From Nemertoderma westbladi (taxonomy: Eukaryota > Animalia > Xenacoelomorpha): a DNA stretch of 64,000 bases. Positions 1-12,649 of the stretch are shown here, piece by piece (within the stretch, counting starts at the first letter, position 1; the number at the start of each line of letters is the position of its first letter). The notes under the pieces are model-generated. The model worked only from the letters and a program-made list of their open reading frames with translations, had not been told where the DNA came from and searched no databases. The stretch spans positions 1 to 64,000 of the forward strand of contig JAUCBJ010005093.1 in assembly GCA_032718475.1 (NCBI GenBank). The letters run 5' to 3'. Position numbers and translations under genes: made by a program.

Positions 1-177
1 GGACCCGGAGAGACGGAAGAGAGGTCGGCGACGAGGACGTCGGGGTTTCTGATCGACTTCGACGGGCCTACAACGCGACCCGGAGACTATTAGAGGAGGC
101 CAGAGGAGGGGCGACGATAGACAAGGTAAAACTAAAGAGAAGGACTAGGTGAGTCGAATAGACACTTTTATTATCTA

Positions 178-3100
178 ATGCGCTTCGGGCAAAGAGGACT
201 GGCCGAGGAGAGAGCGAGAGGGGTTGCCGAGGAACTGTATGACTTGTGGCGGTATGGGGGTATGGAACCTAGCGTAGTGTACGTAGGGCCGTACTTAGTC
301 GATGCCCGGGGAGTAAAATTAGTGGGTTGGGAGAGACCTGAGGAGGACGAATCCGAGGTTAACCCCGAGGATTCGGCCTCGTCGGTCGGAGGAAGTTCCG
401 GGAGGCGGGGGAAAGTTAGTAGGACGGGGAGGCGGAGGGAATCCGTTACAACCGATAAGTCTGCTACATCCTCCGTGAAAGAAAGACGGGTGAGAGAGAT
501 AAATGCCGCGTACCGTCTCGATCTAATAGAGCAAGGTCAAAGGGAAGTAGGTAGACGGTTAGAGGAGGGGAGAGTGCTGCTAGAGAGGGAAATGGCGTTG
601 ATTAAGGAAACCGGAGAGAGGGCCGAAAGGGCCGCGAGAAGCCTTAGGGAGAGTGAGGAAGTAGGGAGGAAGGAACAAGAAGAGCGCGAGGCGAGAGAGA
701 AAAATGAGCGCGGAGAGCGTGAGGCGGAACGCAGGGAGCGTGAGGCGGAAAGTAGGGAACGTGAGGCGAAAGAGGAAAACGAGTGCAGAGAGCGCGAGGA
801 GAGAAAGGAAAACGAATACAGAGAGCGTGAGGCGAGACGAAGGGAGGGGGCTAGAAGAGAGTTGGAATTGGCCGAACGGAACGCACGGGAGTGTAAGGAG
901 AGAATGGCAAGGAAGGAGTGTGAGCAAAAGGAACTAGAGAAACGTCAAGGTCAGCTTACAGGGTACAAAGCTGTATATACGCGCGAGCGGGAACTGGCGC
1001 GAGTAGGGGCGTCTGAGAGTGGGGCTAGCTCGAGTATTTTCGAGGAGCCAGGGGCCGTGGATACATTTATTAATACCCCACTTACAGGGACCGCACAACA
1101 GACCCAAGACTGGTGTGACCGTACGGGCGGGGGGGGGGGGGGGGGGGGGGGGGTAATAATAATGCTATAGTAGACGTCGTTAATATTAATAGTACCGTAT
1201 GGGATAACTCTAACCAAACCTTTATTGCAGCAAATAATGCTTTACCCAGTAGCAGTAATTTAAATTTAAGTACAAATAATAATTTCAATTTGAACGTGCA
1301 AAATAATTCAAATAATTTAAATAATGATCCAAGTCCGAATTTACAAAATAATTTAAATGATTTTGTTTCAAACGAACAAATTAATTCCGTTTCCAATGTG
1401 GGTGCTATTAACGTGAACACGTCGGGCGTGTATGGCCGGGCAGACGGGGGCCTGGTAGGCCGTACAATTGGTAGGTCGGAGGTGGCGGGATTGAGCCAAC
1501 CCAGAGAGGGCCTGGTAGGCCACGTAGTTGGTAGGCAGGGAGCAGCTGGGTTGGATAGACCCGGTGGGGGCCTGGAAGGCCGCGTAGTTGATAGGCAGGG
1601 AGTGGCTGGGTTGGACAGACCCAGCGAGGGCCTGGTAGGCCACGTAGTTGGTAGGCTGGGAGTAGAGGGCCTGGTAGGCCACGCAATAGCAGAGGGAGAG
1701 GCGGGGGTGAATAGACCCGACCGCGGTAGGGTAGATGTGTCGACTAGAGAGGCGGGAATACTACACTGAAAGGAGAAGAAGAGAAGACAGTAGTAAAAGT
1801 ATCGCCGCGAACGATTGAAGAGAGAGGACGGATAGCGAGCCGTCGGTAGTCGAGATGAGAACGGAGAGTCAGTGGGGTCGGACTCCGGGAGATTGCCGTC
1901 GCCCCGGAGAGATGCGACCTGGCGAGGTGCATTACGCGCCGATGGAAGGGTACACGATGTACCGGTACGAAGACGAGAACAGTAGAGAGGGAGGTCGAAG
2001 AGAAACTTTCCGACGGAATGTACCTACCGATCGAGAATACGGTAGCCGTGGGGAGGATTATTCGAGAAGAATAAACTTCGATCCCGAGCAACACATGCAG
2101 ACAGTAGGACATACTGTAGGCCTTACTGCACATACCATAGGCCATACTGACAGAGGCAATGTAGGCGATAGGATAGCGCGGACAACGGGATTAAACCCGG
2201 AAGTCGCGGATTACATACCGGCGAGGAGGCCAGAAGCTGATAGGCCTATACTGGTACCAGTACAGCAGTATGACTACAGCATGCAGGGACATAACATATA
2301 CCCAGGGGAGGGGGGAATTATTGCGGATAGGTGTATGGGCCCCAACATATTAACATCAACCCCAGTACCAAACATACCGGTGGGGGGGGGGGACAGGGTG
2401 ACATTCCCCCATCACAATATCAACAATATACCCCGATAGGAGCGAGAACAACGAGACCCTTGGATGAAAATAGGTCGTGTGACACAGAGATATGGAGGGG
2501 GCCGCTACCCCCGATGACATACCCAAGTCAAAGAAGATCAAGAAATAGGACGGACGAACCGCACCAGACAGGAGAAACTATACAGCATCCATCGAACCCA
2601 TTGGAAGTGCAGGCGATGGGGATGGCCACGTTGATCGATGCGTTGAAAACGAGGATCGAGTTACCACCCGTGGAACCATTCAAATTCGATGGGAGTAGGC
2701 CGGAAGAATATCTACAGTTTCGGCGCATGTATAGAAACGAAATACTTACAAAAAACTTGACGCAGGCGGAGTGCCTAAAGTATCTGCAAGTATACACGGG
2801 AGGCCCAGCATATGACATCGTGAGGCAATATCAAGGAATATAGGGCGGCTTCACGACAGCATGGCGGGCACTGGATAGGGAATACGGGCACCCGGCCAAG
2901 ATCATCAGACAGACACTGAGAGGCATAACATCGGGTGGCCTATAGGATAATCCCGTTAGCATTAAGACATTCGCTAACAAGGTCGAAAAGGCGCTAATCG
3001 TGCTGAAGACGCTAGACGCGCCATACGAGCTCAACGCGTCCAATAACATCACCACGATAGCACAGGCACTACCTAACTGGCTGCGCAACAAGTGGAGGAA

Positions 3101-4214
3101 GATCGCTTTCTCCACTCGAGACAAGAAGGGTGCGGAACCGGGTTTAGAAGAAATGTCAAGCTTCTTAAACTACGAGGCCGAACTAATAACTGACCCAGTC
3201 TATAGCGAAGATAGCCTGGGAAAGGGACCGAAGACGGATTACCATAGACCGAAACCAGAGCACAATACATCAAACGCATTACCGAGGCTCAGCCAGTCAT
3301 TGCCATATGCAGCGACGCAGGGGACTGCAAGTCCACAGCTAGCCGAAGATAAGACAACACCATGGAACGGACAGGGGAACAATAACAACACGAATAAATA
3401 TAACCCCAGTACGTCCAGTAGGCCGAATCCAAACAATAAGAATAGTAGGGACTTTGGTACAAACGCAGCTGCGATACGCAATGCACTGTATAAAGAGGGC
3501 TACGACCCAAAGAGCAAATGCCAGCTACACGCAAATGCGCTTCATCAAACCATGAACTGCAGGTACTGGCAGGCGCTACCTAGGAAAGATCAGATAGATT
3601 ATGCGTTGAGCAACAAAATCTGCTCGCGATGTGTAATGAGTGGACATAGAGCAAGGGAGTGCAAGGAGAAGCCGGTAAAATTTGGTCAGAGGAGAGGCCA
3701 GACGATGGCGACGAGCACAGTAGGGGCGAAGAAGAGAGGAACGGTGTTACTTGGAGTAGTACCCGTGCGAGTGATTGGGGAAGGCAATCGATCAGTAACA
3801 ACACTAATGCTGGTTGATAGTGGAGCTGCCTTCACATTAGTCGAGGAAAGGGTGGCCGAAGAGATAGGATTGAGAACGAGGCCAAGCAGAATGGCGGTAA
3901 CAACCATCTCTAGCAAAGATGAGATCCTGGAGATAAGAACAGGACGGTGCGCAATTGCAGCAGTGGCACCGGGATGCGACTATGGGGCAACCATCGACCC
4001 CATCCAAGTGATAGAGTCAATTAATATCAATGCCATGCGGCCAACCAACATCGAGTTCGAGCAATATAAATTCCTGGACGACATTGACTTCTCAATCCCA
4101 GATGTGGACGTTAGGAAGGTATCCATCATAGTAGGAATGGACTGCCCAACGCCCACGAAAGAATGCAAACGGTCTTCGGCGAAGACAAGCAGTGTGACCC
4201 GGTGGCGATATTAA
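178..4214 (+). pseudogene. gag: BEL/Pao gag-protease, broken by stops and frameshifts
   Basis: Coiled-coil N-terminus, DUF1759-like FKFDGS/LKYLQVYTGGPA, knuckles CQLH..H..C and CSRC..GH..C, protease LVDSGA; in-frame TAG 2841-2843, frameshifts near G runs and ~4150. Confidence 0.85.
1430..1700 (+). repeat. 60-bp tandem repeat (~4.5 copies) in the gag region
   Basis: GGGCCTGGTAGGCCACGTAGTTGGTAGGC recurs at 60-nt spacing (1449, 1509, 1569, 1629). Confidence 0.9.
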
Positions 4215-7200
4215 CACCATTCGGGTGGACGCTGAGTGGTCCAATCAAGAGTAAGATACCATTTAGGATGTCGGAGACATCAGGATGCATGTTCGCGGGA
4301 ACAATGCAGGAAATGGGTGATGAGGGAGCAGAGGAGCAGCTCAAAAGACTGCTCAGGCAAGATTTCGAGGGACTAAAGGAGACCGGGGTCGGGACCTCGG
4401 TAGAAGACAAGCAGGCTTTACAAAGCGTGGAGGAATCGATGACATGCAATGAGGGGCGGTATACTATAGGAATGGTATGGAAACTACCGAAGATACCGCT
4501 GCCCGATAATAGAGGGATGGTACTCACGAGACTCCGCAAGCTGAAACAAACACTAAAACGGAGCCCCGAGAAGAATGAGTACATCCACAGAACGATTAAG
4601 AAGTAAGTCGAAAAAGGATGGGCCGTGGAGTTACCGGTCGACGAGCCGAACACAGACAGGACATATTACCTGCCACTCCACGTGGCTTTAGACCCAAAGA
4701 AAGGTAAACTACGGATGGTAGTCGACGCATTGGCAAAGACCGACGGAAAATGCTTAAACGACTACCTGTTAGAAGGCCCAAACATAAACAATTCGGGCAT
4801 AGAGGTGCTACTTAGATTTAGGAATGGGAAACACGCCTTCACGTGTGACATAGAAGGCATGTTCAACCAAGTCCGTGTAACGGAGGAAGATAGCGACAGT
4901 CAGCGCTTCTTATGGTATAACGGCGAGGAAGAACCGTCGATAATACCGGCATATAAGATGGTAGTACAGAACATGGGAGCCAAGTCGTCTTCATTTACGA
5001 CGACTATGGCATTCAGAGACACAGTGAAGGGGAAGGAAGATAGATACAGCACTAGGGCCGTCGATATGATTCGACGTGGCTTCTACGTAGACGACGGAAT
5101 GGAGTCTGGAAATACGGTTAAGGAGATGCTGGACACGGGGCGCAAGGTTCGTGACATCCTGAAAGGATCTGGCTTTAACCTGACCAAATTCCAATCCAGT
5201 TCGGAAGAATTTATCAAGGCGATAGAGGACAAGAGACCAAAATCGACCATGGATAATCCCACGACAGCCAAAGGGCAGGACATGGCGAATAAGAAAACAG
5301 AATCTCAACAGAAGGCATTGGGAGTCGTGTGGAACAGAGAGACAGACGAACTGAAGTATCAGCTGAGCCAGGAGGGTGCAGACATCCACACGAAGAGGGG
5401 CTATGTATCGTATATAGCAAGGATATACGATCCCCTAGGCCTAGCATCCCCATTATTAGTTACAGGGAAACAGATACTCAAGAGAGTATACAAATTGAAG
5501 GATGAGTGGGACGTAGAGGTACCAGAGGAAATCAAGAAACAATGGAGTAAGTGGACAGGAGACTTGGAGAAGATGGGAACATACAACATGCCACGAGTGT
5601 ATTTCCCGGATGGGAACATGACGAACCTGGACCTACACATGTTCTCCGATGCGTCGTTGGAGGCGTACGGAGCGGCACTCTACTTAGTACAACGAGAGGG
5701 GGCTCATAAGCCCAGACTAGCCTTTAGCAAAGCAAAGTCAACGCCGCCAGATTCAGCATCAGTTCCCAAATTAGAATTGACAGCTGCGAGACTAGGAGTT
5801 AGAGCCACAGCCTACCTAGTGGATACTATTCCCAACATAGTGGAGACACACTACTGGACGGACTCCATGGTAGTACTTGGTTGGCTACATAACGAAAGGA
5901 CGAGATACCCAATATTCGTCGCAAATAGAGTGGACGAAATAAGGGCGAGCACAGAACTGGAAAGGTGGCACTACTGCCCAACGGACGAGAACCCAGCGGA
6001 CTTGTTGTCGAGGGGCGTGGTACGCCACACTTTCTTGAAGAAGGAAGTATTGTGGCAACATGGGCCACAATTTCTGAGCGATAAGGAGGCCTGGCCGCCA
6101 ATTAGAAAGGTGGACCCGGGCTCAGAAGTAGTGTCAGAAGGAGAAGAGGGAGATTCAGAGGGAGAAGAGATATACTCCCAGATGGTGAGGGAGATTAGGG
6201 ATGTGCAACCAAAACGAGAACTGTGCGATAACCCGACGGATAAACTCCTCAGCTACAGTTCTAGTTGGTATAAGACCAAGAAACTAGTGGCGTACTGGAG
6301 AGCCTTCGGGAATTTCCTCGCGGGAGTTGGCAAGGACAAGAAGATCATGACAACCATAGATCTGGAAGGAGCGGCTAAGGCAATCATCCGCTATGAACAA
6401 CGGAAGAACTATAGCGACGAGGTAGAACGCGTCGGTAACCAACAACACCTCCGACAGGACAGCGAGCTGATCGCGCTGTCGCCACAACTTAATGACGATG
6501 GGATTCTAGTAATGAACTCTAGGGTGGGATACAACAACAGCATAATCGTACCACCGAAACCCATCATCATTCCAACAGGATCGCCAATAGTTCACCAGAT
6601 TATCTGGGACTCCCATAAATCGATATTGCACGGGGGCACCAACCGAACCCTCACCGAGATAAGGAGGACCTTTTGGGTCAAACAGTTGAGGAAGAAGGTA
6701 AAAGCGGTGGTGGGGCAGTGCCAGACCTGCCGGCGAGCGAAGAAGGAGCGAGCCATACAAGAAATGGCGCCACTACCAGCGAGTAGAGTAAGACAGCACG
6801 ACCCGCCATTTACGCATTGCGGTGTGGACATGTTCGGGCCGATAAAGATAAAGGTGATGCGGCACACGGAGAAACGCTACGGTATCATCTTCGTATGCAA
6901 CAACACGCGGGCGATAGGGATAGAACTCGCCCAAGATGCAACCGCATCAGCATTCATTAATGCCTTAGAAAGATTTAGGGACCGCAAAGGTGGGACGATC
7001 GCAGTGATATACAGCGACAACGGCACCAACTTTGTGGGCGCAGAGAATGAGATGGCAGAGGCCTTGGACATCTTGGAAGGAGAAGAAGTCAGGGCAGCCA
7101 TGAGGTGACGACAAGTAAAGTGGGAGAGAAGGACGCCGTATGCACCACATACACTAGGATGCGTCGAGAGACTGGTGGGCAGTTCTAAGCGTCTAATGAC

Positions 7201-7723
7201 GAAGCTAATGAACACCCACATGGTCACTGAGGACGTCTTACGGACAGTGCTTGCGAAGTGCGAGGGGATCATTAATAGCAGACCGCTATACCCGGAGAAT
7301 GATGACCCTGAGTCATTAGACGTGCTGACGCCTAGCCATTTCCTGATGGAAAGGCCAGCGACCATCGATATGCGGGGTGTAGACCCAGATGACATACACT
7401 CCCGCCAAAGTTGGAAAGTAGCCAAAGCAATAAGCGCAGAGTATTGGAGGAGGTGGGTCGAGGAATACCTACCCACACTCCATAAAAGGAGTAAGTGGAG
7501 GAAGCCAAATATGGAGTTAAGAGAGGGAGATCTCGTAATCGTTACGGATGATACTATCATCAACAACCAGTGGCGGTTAGCGAGAGTTGTAGGCACTTAC
7601 TCCGACGAGGACGGAAGAGTCCGATCGGTAGAAGTGCGGATAGATGGTAAGATAGGTGCGAAGGACAGAAAAACCTACAGGAGAGCTGTGGGAAAATGCT
7701 GTCTGCTAGAAGGGGCACCTTAG
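4163..7723 (+). pseudogene. pol: BEL/Pao reverse transcriptase-RNase H-integrase
   Basis: One frame with in-frame stops at 4604-4606 (TAA) and 7106-7108 (TGA); YYLPLH, LRMVVD, CDIEGMF, FYVDDG, FSDAS, HHCC zinc finger and DDE integrase motifs. Confidence 0.93.
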
Positions 7724-7884
7724 TGGAGTTTGTCATGAGTTTAGTCGTCCAAGCTTTGGACTGAGGGGGGTGGGATTGAGGGCGAGACACCCTTCCCACA
7801 CATAAAAACAGATAAAAATAGAAAATAAAAATAAAATAATAGTACATAGTAGGTACGCAGTTAGTAGGCAAAAGTTAGTCAGTA

Positions 7885-8390
7885 AGAAGGTACGTAGTAC
7901 CTAGAGTTAGTTAGTTAGTTAGGAGGTACGTAGTACCGTTAGTTAGAGAGGAGTTAGAGGGTACGTAGTACCGTTAGTTAGAGAGTTAGAGGGTACGTAG
8001 TACCGTTAGTTAGAGAGGAGTTAGAGGGTATGTAGTACCGTTAGTTAGAGAGTTAGAGGGTCCGTAGTACCACTAGTTAGAGAGTTAGAGGGTACGTAGT
8101 ACCGCTAGTTAGAGAGTTAGAGGGTACGTAGTACCGTTAGTTAGAGAGTTAGAGGGTACGTAGTACCGTTAGTTAGAGAGTTAGAGGGTACGTAGTACCG
8201 CTAGTTAGAGAGTTAGAGGGTACATAGTACCGCTAGTTAGAGAGTTAGAGGGTACGTAGTACTGCTAGTTAGAGAGTTAGAGGGTACGGAGTACCGCTAG
8301 TTAGAGAAGAGTTAGAGGGTACGTAGTACCATTAGTTAGTTAGAACTAGAGTTAGAGGGTACGTAGTACCGTTAGTTAGAGAGAGAGAGT
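7885..8390 (+). repeat. 32-35 bp tandem array (~15 copies), one hairpin per unit
   Basis: Unit GAGAGTTAGAGGGTACGTAGTACCG(T/C)TAGTTA; each copy contains GGTAC-GTA-GTACC. Confidence 0.95.
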
Positions 8391-8866
8391 AAGAGGTAAA
8401 AGGGTATATAAGATATAGATATTAGTTAGCAGTTAGTAACGAGAGGGGGGCATATGAGTACAGCTGGGTAAATCGTGTGGCAACACGACGCATACTGCTG
8501 TACTGCACAGGCCCACAGAGTAGGCCAGAATGTGGATTAAAGAATAGAACAATCCATAGGCAATAGTAAGTAGTAGGACAGTAGAATTAAAATTAAAATT
8601 ACAAATAAATAGAATAGGGCTGAAAGTTACAAATAATGGCAACACAAGGAAAGTTATTCTAGAACATAATAAAAGTAACGGACAGAAATTGTAAATTACG
8701 CTCATTTACTAGCTTCAAAATTAATTAGTAATAATTTAGGTTAAAAGGCGCAGTTAAGTAAGAAATAGGCCATTATCGGACCGTACAGAACATCCTAGAT
8801 ACATCACTCATCTGTATTGCGCCTTGGTAAGGCACCACCTTGCAGGTGAGCGAGTGAGTGTTCGGA

Positions 8867-11379
8867 ATGGCGGGCAAATTGATCAGAAAGAGAAAGGCGG
8901 AGTCAGGAGGAAAGGAGATGCTGGTGGATTTCACCGAGAGGCATCCGGAAGAGAAGACGAGAGGATACTACGAGAGGTTGGAAAGGGATCACTTCCGGGA
9001 GATGCACGAACAGCGGCTGGTCGGGACCTACGGGACGCCGTCGCTGGACAACGCGATCTTCCAACACTTCCACTACGTGGTGAAAGGGGACGAGGCGAAG
9101 TTCGGGATTCCGAAGTACCCGAGGGAATCATCGAGGAAGGACTGGAAGAGATTCATAGAGTCCGTCAACAGAGGAGGATATATGATCCTAGACGACGAGG
9201 GAACCGTGGAAGACGAGGCGGGTTCGAGACAAGGATCGGCGGGGTCGGCCAGGACCATACTCCTACATTTGGCCGCGCCAAATGGGGACATCTTCTTATT
9301 CGATCTAGGAACGTATGGGAAGAAGGACGGGCCGAAATTAAACCGGTTACCGAAAGCGGTACAAGTCTTGGTAAGGGAGAAGTCGACGACGAAAGTAGGA
9401 TCGGCGATTCGCGAGGATGCGGAGAGGATCATCGGTCCGGACGCCACCAACCTCCTGGATATGCAGAAGGTCTTTATGGCTATGACGGCACCGGATGGGT
9501 TGGGGGTAGTCGAAAACCCAGGCCAATGGCAATGGGCCAATTATTGGGGCTTGTGAGCCAGAAACCGATGGATTGGGGGAAGTTCAGGGAAGAATACGGA
9601 CCAGAACTAGCGAACTCGCTAAAGTGGGGAGCGAGACCGGGAAAGCAAGAGGTATATCAATTCCGCAGAGAAGCGATAAAGGTATATCAGAAGCGATATA
9701 TCCTGCAGGAAGATTGGATGATGATAAGTTTGCTTAACTTATTTATGACCGTGGTCATCGAGAGGGAACCAGGGGCATTTCTGTTATCGGGATCACCCCT
9801 AAGCTACAGGAGAGCCTTTAAAATGGCCTTCGACGGTCTGGTAGACCACCCGGGGCTGAAGGGCGAGTCAGTGTACTACAATAGCCGGCATCTGGTAGAC
9901 GGGGAGACAGATACGCCGTATCAGAGATGGGAGCAGCTAGAAACGGATAGACGAGAAGCAAAGCGACTGGAAGAAGTCGCTAGACGGGAGAGGATAGAAG
10001 CAGAGGAGAGGGAAGAGGAGGCCAGGACACAGAGTTATGGCTTCGAGGAACAGGCAGGCTTAGACGAACTTCATTGGACTTCGTCAGGGAGTTCGGGGGA
10101 GTCTCTAGGGCGAGAACTGGGATGGACGGTGGGATCGCCGAAACAGTTGATGTCGGGGTTGCAAGCAATGCCCATACCAGCAGGCGCCGAAGGCGACCAA
10201 CCGCCAAGGAAGTTAAGGGAGCTAGAGGGATGGAGAGCTACGGGCGAGAGCCAAGGCGGGAAGGGACATAGTGGATCCATCGGGATACCGGGGTTGGAGC
10301 CACTGCCAGAGGAGGAGGAGGACGGCGACGAGTTCGGAGAGATGCCGCCCATCGAGAGGATAGGCCACTCGGACACGGACTGGGTTGGCGGAAGGGTGGT
10401 GACGGCCAGTGGGGCGAGGGCCTTCTGGAACAGATCCGGCAAGCGGACCTGGGTGCACGAGGAGCCGGCGATGGATTTCGCGGGGAGCACTATCAGGTTG
10501 GGCGAGCAACCGGGGACGGCACCACGGGTAGTATTCGGGGAGACAATGCCCGAGAGGGGCGGAGAGATCGACGTAGACAGGGACACCAACGTGGAGAAAT
10601 TCGCCTACCAGCGACTCCACAGACCGCGGAGATCGCTTGGGACGAGAGACGACGTGGGGCGGGAGACATTGGTACTCGGCTGCGACTACTGTGGGAGACA
10701 GACCCACCAGGAAAGGAGCTGCCTGTACCGGTTCCAAAAGGGAACCTCTTGTCTCTACTGCCGAGAACCGAGCCACAGGATGGGGGCGTGTCCACGACTG
10801 CATAACCGATGTCCAAAGTGCCACTTTCGGGGACACTACGGACGCCAGTGCGACTGGATGGACGACGAAGAAAAGTTCAGGAGATTCGAGGAGTGGGCCG
10901 ACGTCGGGGCCATGACGCGCCAGCGCATGAAGGCCCAGGAGTTCAAGTGGGGTTTCTTCCTTATCAATCAGGAGGCTCACATGGAAATCATAAAGCGGAG
11001 GCTACCGTTTACCTATCAAGAGGTAGCGACGGCGGCGTCGTATGCCGGAGTAATGAACACACAAAGATATTTGGACAGGTGGACGCCACAGAACCGAGGG
11101 GAGTTTAGGGATTTCTTGGCGGAGCACGTACCGCAAGCAATGAAGATGATCCTATGGGACGCCACCAGAGGGAGACAACAGGGCCACTCTGAGGGGCCAC
11201 CGGCGAAGCGATATCGGGCACTAATAACACCAGCGCCCAAGGAGCCAACAACCGGAATCAGCAAGGAGGTGGCGGCGAAGGTCCGAAAGCAGAAAGCGGA
11301 TCCCAGAGGAGCGGTGGTAACCAAGAAACGACCCAGGGAAGAGGACGCCAGGGGGAACTATCCCCAGAGGAACAGATAG
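8867..11379 (+). pseudogene. Accessory ORF of element A: DEDDy-type 3'-5' exonuclease plus three CCHC zinc knuckles (one frameshift ~9500-9525)
   Basis: ORFs 8858-9556 and 8824-11379 joined: ExoI YMILDDEG, LLHLAAPNGDIFLFDL, ExoII LPKAVQVLVREKSTTKVGSAIREDA, ExoIII-like KRYILQED; CDYC..H..C, CLYC..H..C, CPKC..H..C. Confidence 0.78.
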
Positions 11380-11654
11380 GTTCCGGGGGCCGAGGGAGAG
11401 AAACTGGGACTTGGACGTGGTACACCTGGAAGGCGCCGCGTGGGACGTACGAACTATTAAGTACAAATCTAATTAATGCAAATAATCATATAAGTGCAAT
11501 TTGTATGTACGTACGTAGCAATTAGTAATCTACAAATATACGTTAGGAGTAAGTACTATAGTCATACAACCTTTCTCAATTAGCTACTGGGACTGGGGGG
11601 ATAACTGACTATGGCACTATGGACGAGACACCAGACAATTTCACACTTCTTGAG

Positions 11655-12640
11655 TGCGACGGCACAAGAGGGGGGGGGGGAGATTCGTCAGAAGGGATGA
11701 GGCAATCGAAGTGGGGTTGAGGAACGGAGCAATAGTGCGAAGTGCGGAGAGAGTGCGGACGCAATTCTAGTGTGTGGGGGGGGGAGAATAAGAGGCTGAG
11801 TGAGGGACGAGGAGGTCCGAGGGTATGAGAGATAGGGTGAGAGTGGAGAAGAGATAGGGCAAAAGTGTTGGGGAAACAAAAGTCGCGTGAGAGGTGAGCG
11901 CGATCGGCCCGACATGAGACGCCAGGCATACAGGGTAGCGTTATCATACCCAGAGGGAGCGGCCTGGAAAGCCGGCTCCGAGAGAAAGGAATTCCACCCC
12001 ACACCCGATACTAGATCGGGATCCAGCGGGATTGTAGCGCACTTAAGGTGGATGCTATCTTCTCACCGGGAAGATAGCATGGGGGGGAGTGTTAGCTTAT
12101 TCAATCCCGCTAACACCCCATAAAGTTAAGCCGATAAGCAATATTGGGAGCCATGAGATTGGGTAATCAACCAACTCGTGCCACCCCAACAAAATGGGAA
12201 GGAAACACACAATGAGGGTCAGGGGCCAAACCCCTAACCCAGAGAGAACAGGTGGAGTGAATGGAAACACTCCAAAGGGCGCCAACAAGGGTATCAACCA
12301 ATCAGAGGGGAGAAAGGCATCGATTAGGTAGAGTAACAAGGCCAACCGTGCAATATAGCCACTTTGCAGTAATCATATCAGTTCAGTTATCTCAGTGTAA
12401 TATTGGTGCTAGTTTAGGTTAGTTAGTTTAGCTAGGGAAGGACCGGGACTTTAATTACCATATCCCGCCTTCTGTATACGACAACATTATCCGTACACCT
12501 ATATCTATATACCCTATATCTATATCAGTTATTATATACAACGAACGACACGGATTCCCTTTTTTACCTTTCATACACACGGCGGGGACGAGTGAATTAA
12601 ACAACCGGATAAATCGGGATCCTTCCTGGATCCCGTCACA
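11655..12640 (+). repeat. Probable 3' LTR of element A (left boundary uncertain)
   Basis: Non-coding, follows the last ORF and G-rich tracts, ends in TCACA; partner LTR not in window. Confidence 0.5.
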
Positions 12641-12649
12641 TGTTTAATG

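Larger units (their letters stand above)
1..12640 (+). mobile_element. BEL/Pao LTR retrotransposon A (5' end outside window), decayed gag-pol plus accessory exonuclease ORF
   Basis: Gag-PR-RT-RNaseH-IN order with Pao signatures (YVDD, FSDAS, PKLEL, NPADLLSRG, GVDMFGP, SDNGTNF, DUF5641-like tail); purine-rich sense strand ends at ...GATCCCGTCACA (12640), where composition changes. Confidence 0.92.

Noticed and set aside
1128-1152. Poly-Gly end of the first ORF as a functional feature
   Set aside because: Long G homopolymer of unreliable length; frameshifts next to such runs may be assembly errors.
7885-8390. CRISPR-like or telomeric array
   Set aside because: Units are contiguous with no unique spacers, there are no cas genes, and there is no pure TTAGG/TTAGGG run.
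9495-9525. Programmed frameshift in the exonuclease genes
   Set aside because: No canonical slippery heptamer, and the break in element B lies elsewhere and in the other direction; decay or sequence error is more likely.
8824-11379. env gene; also the first ~230 aa of the listed 851-aa ORF as real protein
   Set aside because: No signal peptide or transmembrane anchor; the exonuclease motifs lie in the overlapping 8858 frame, so that N-terminus is a shadow frame.
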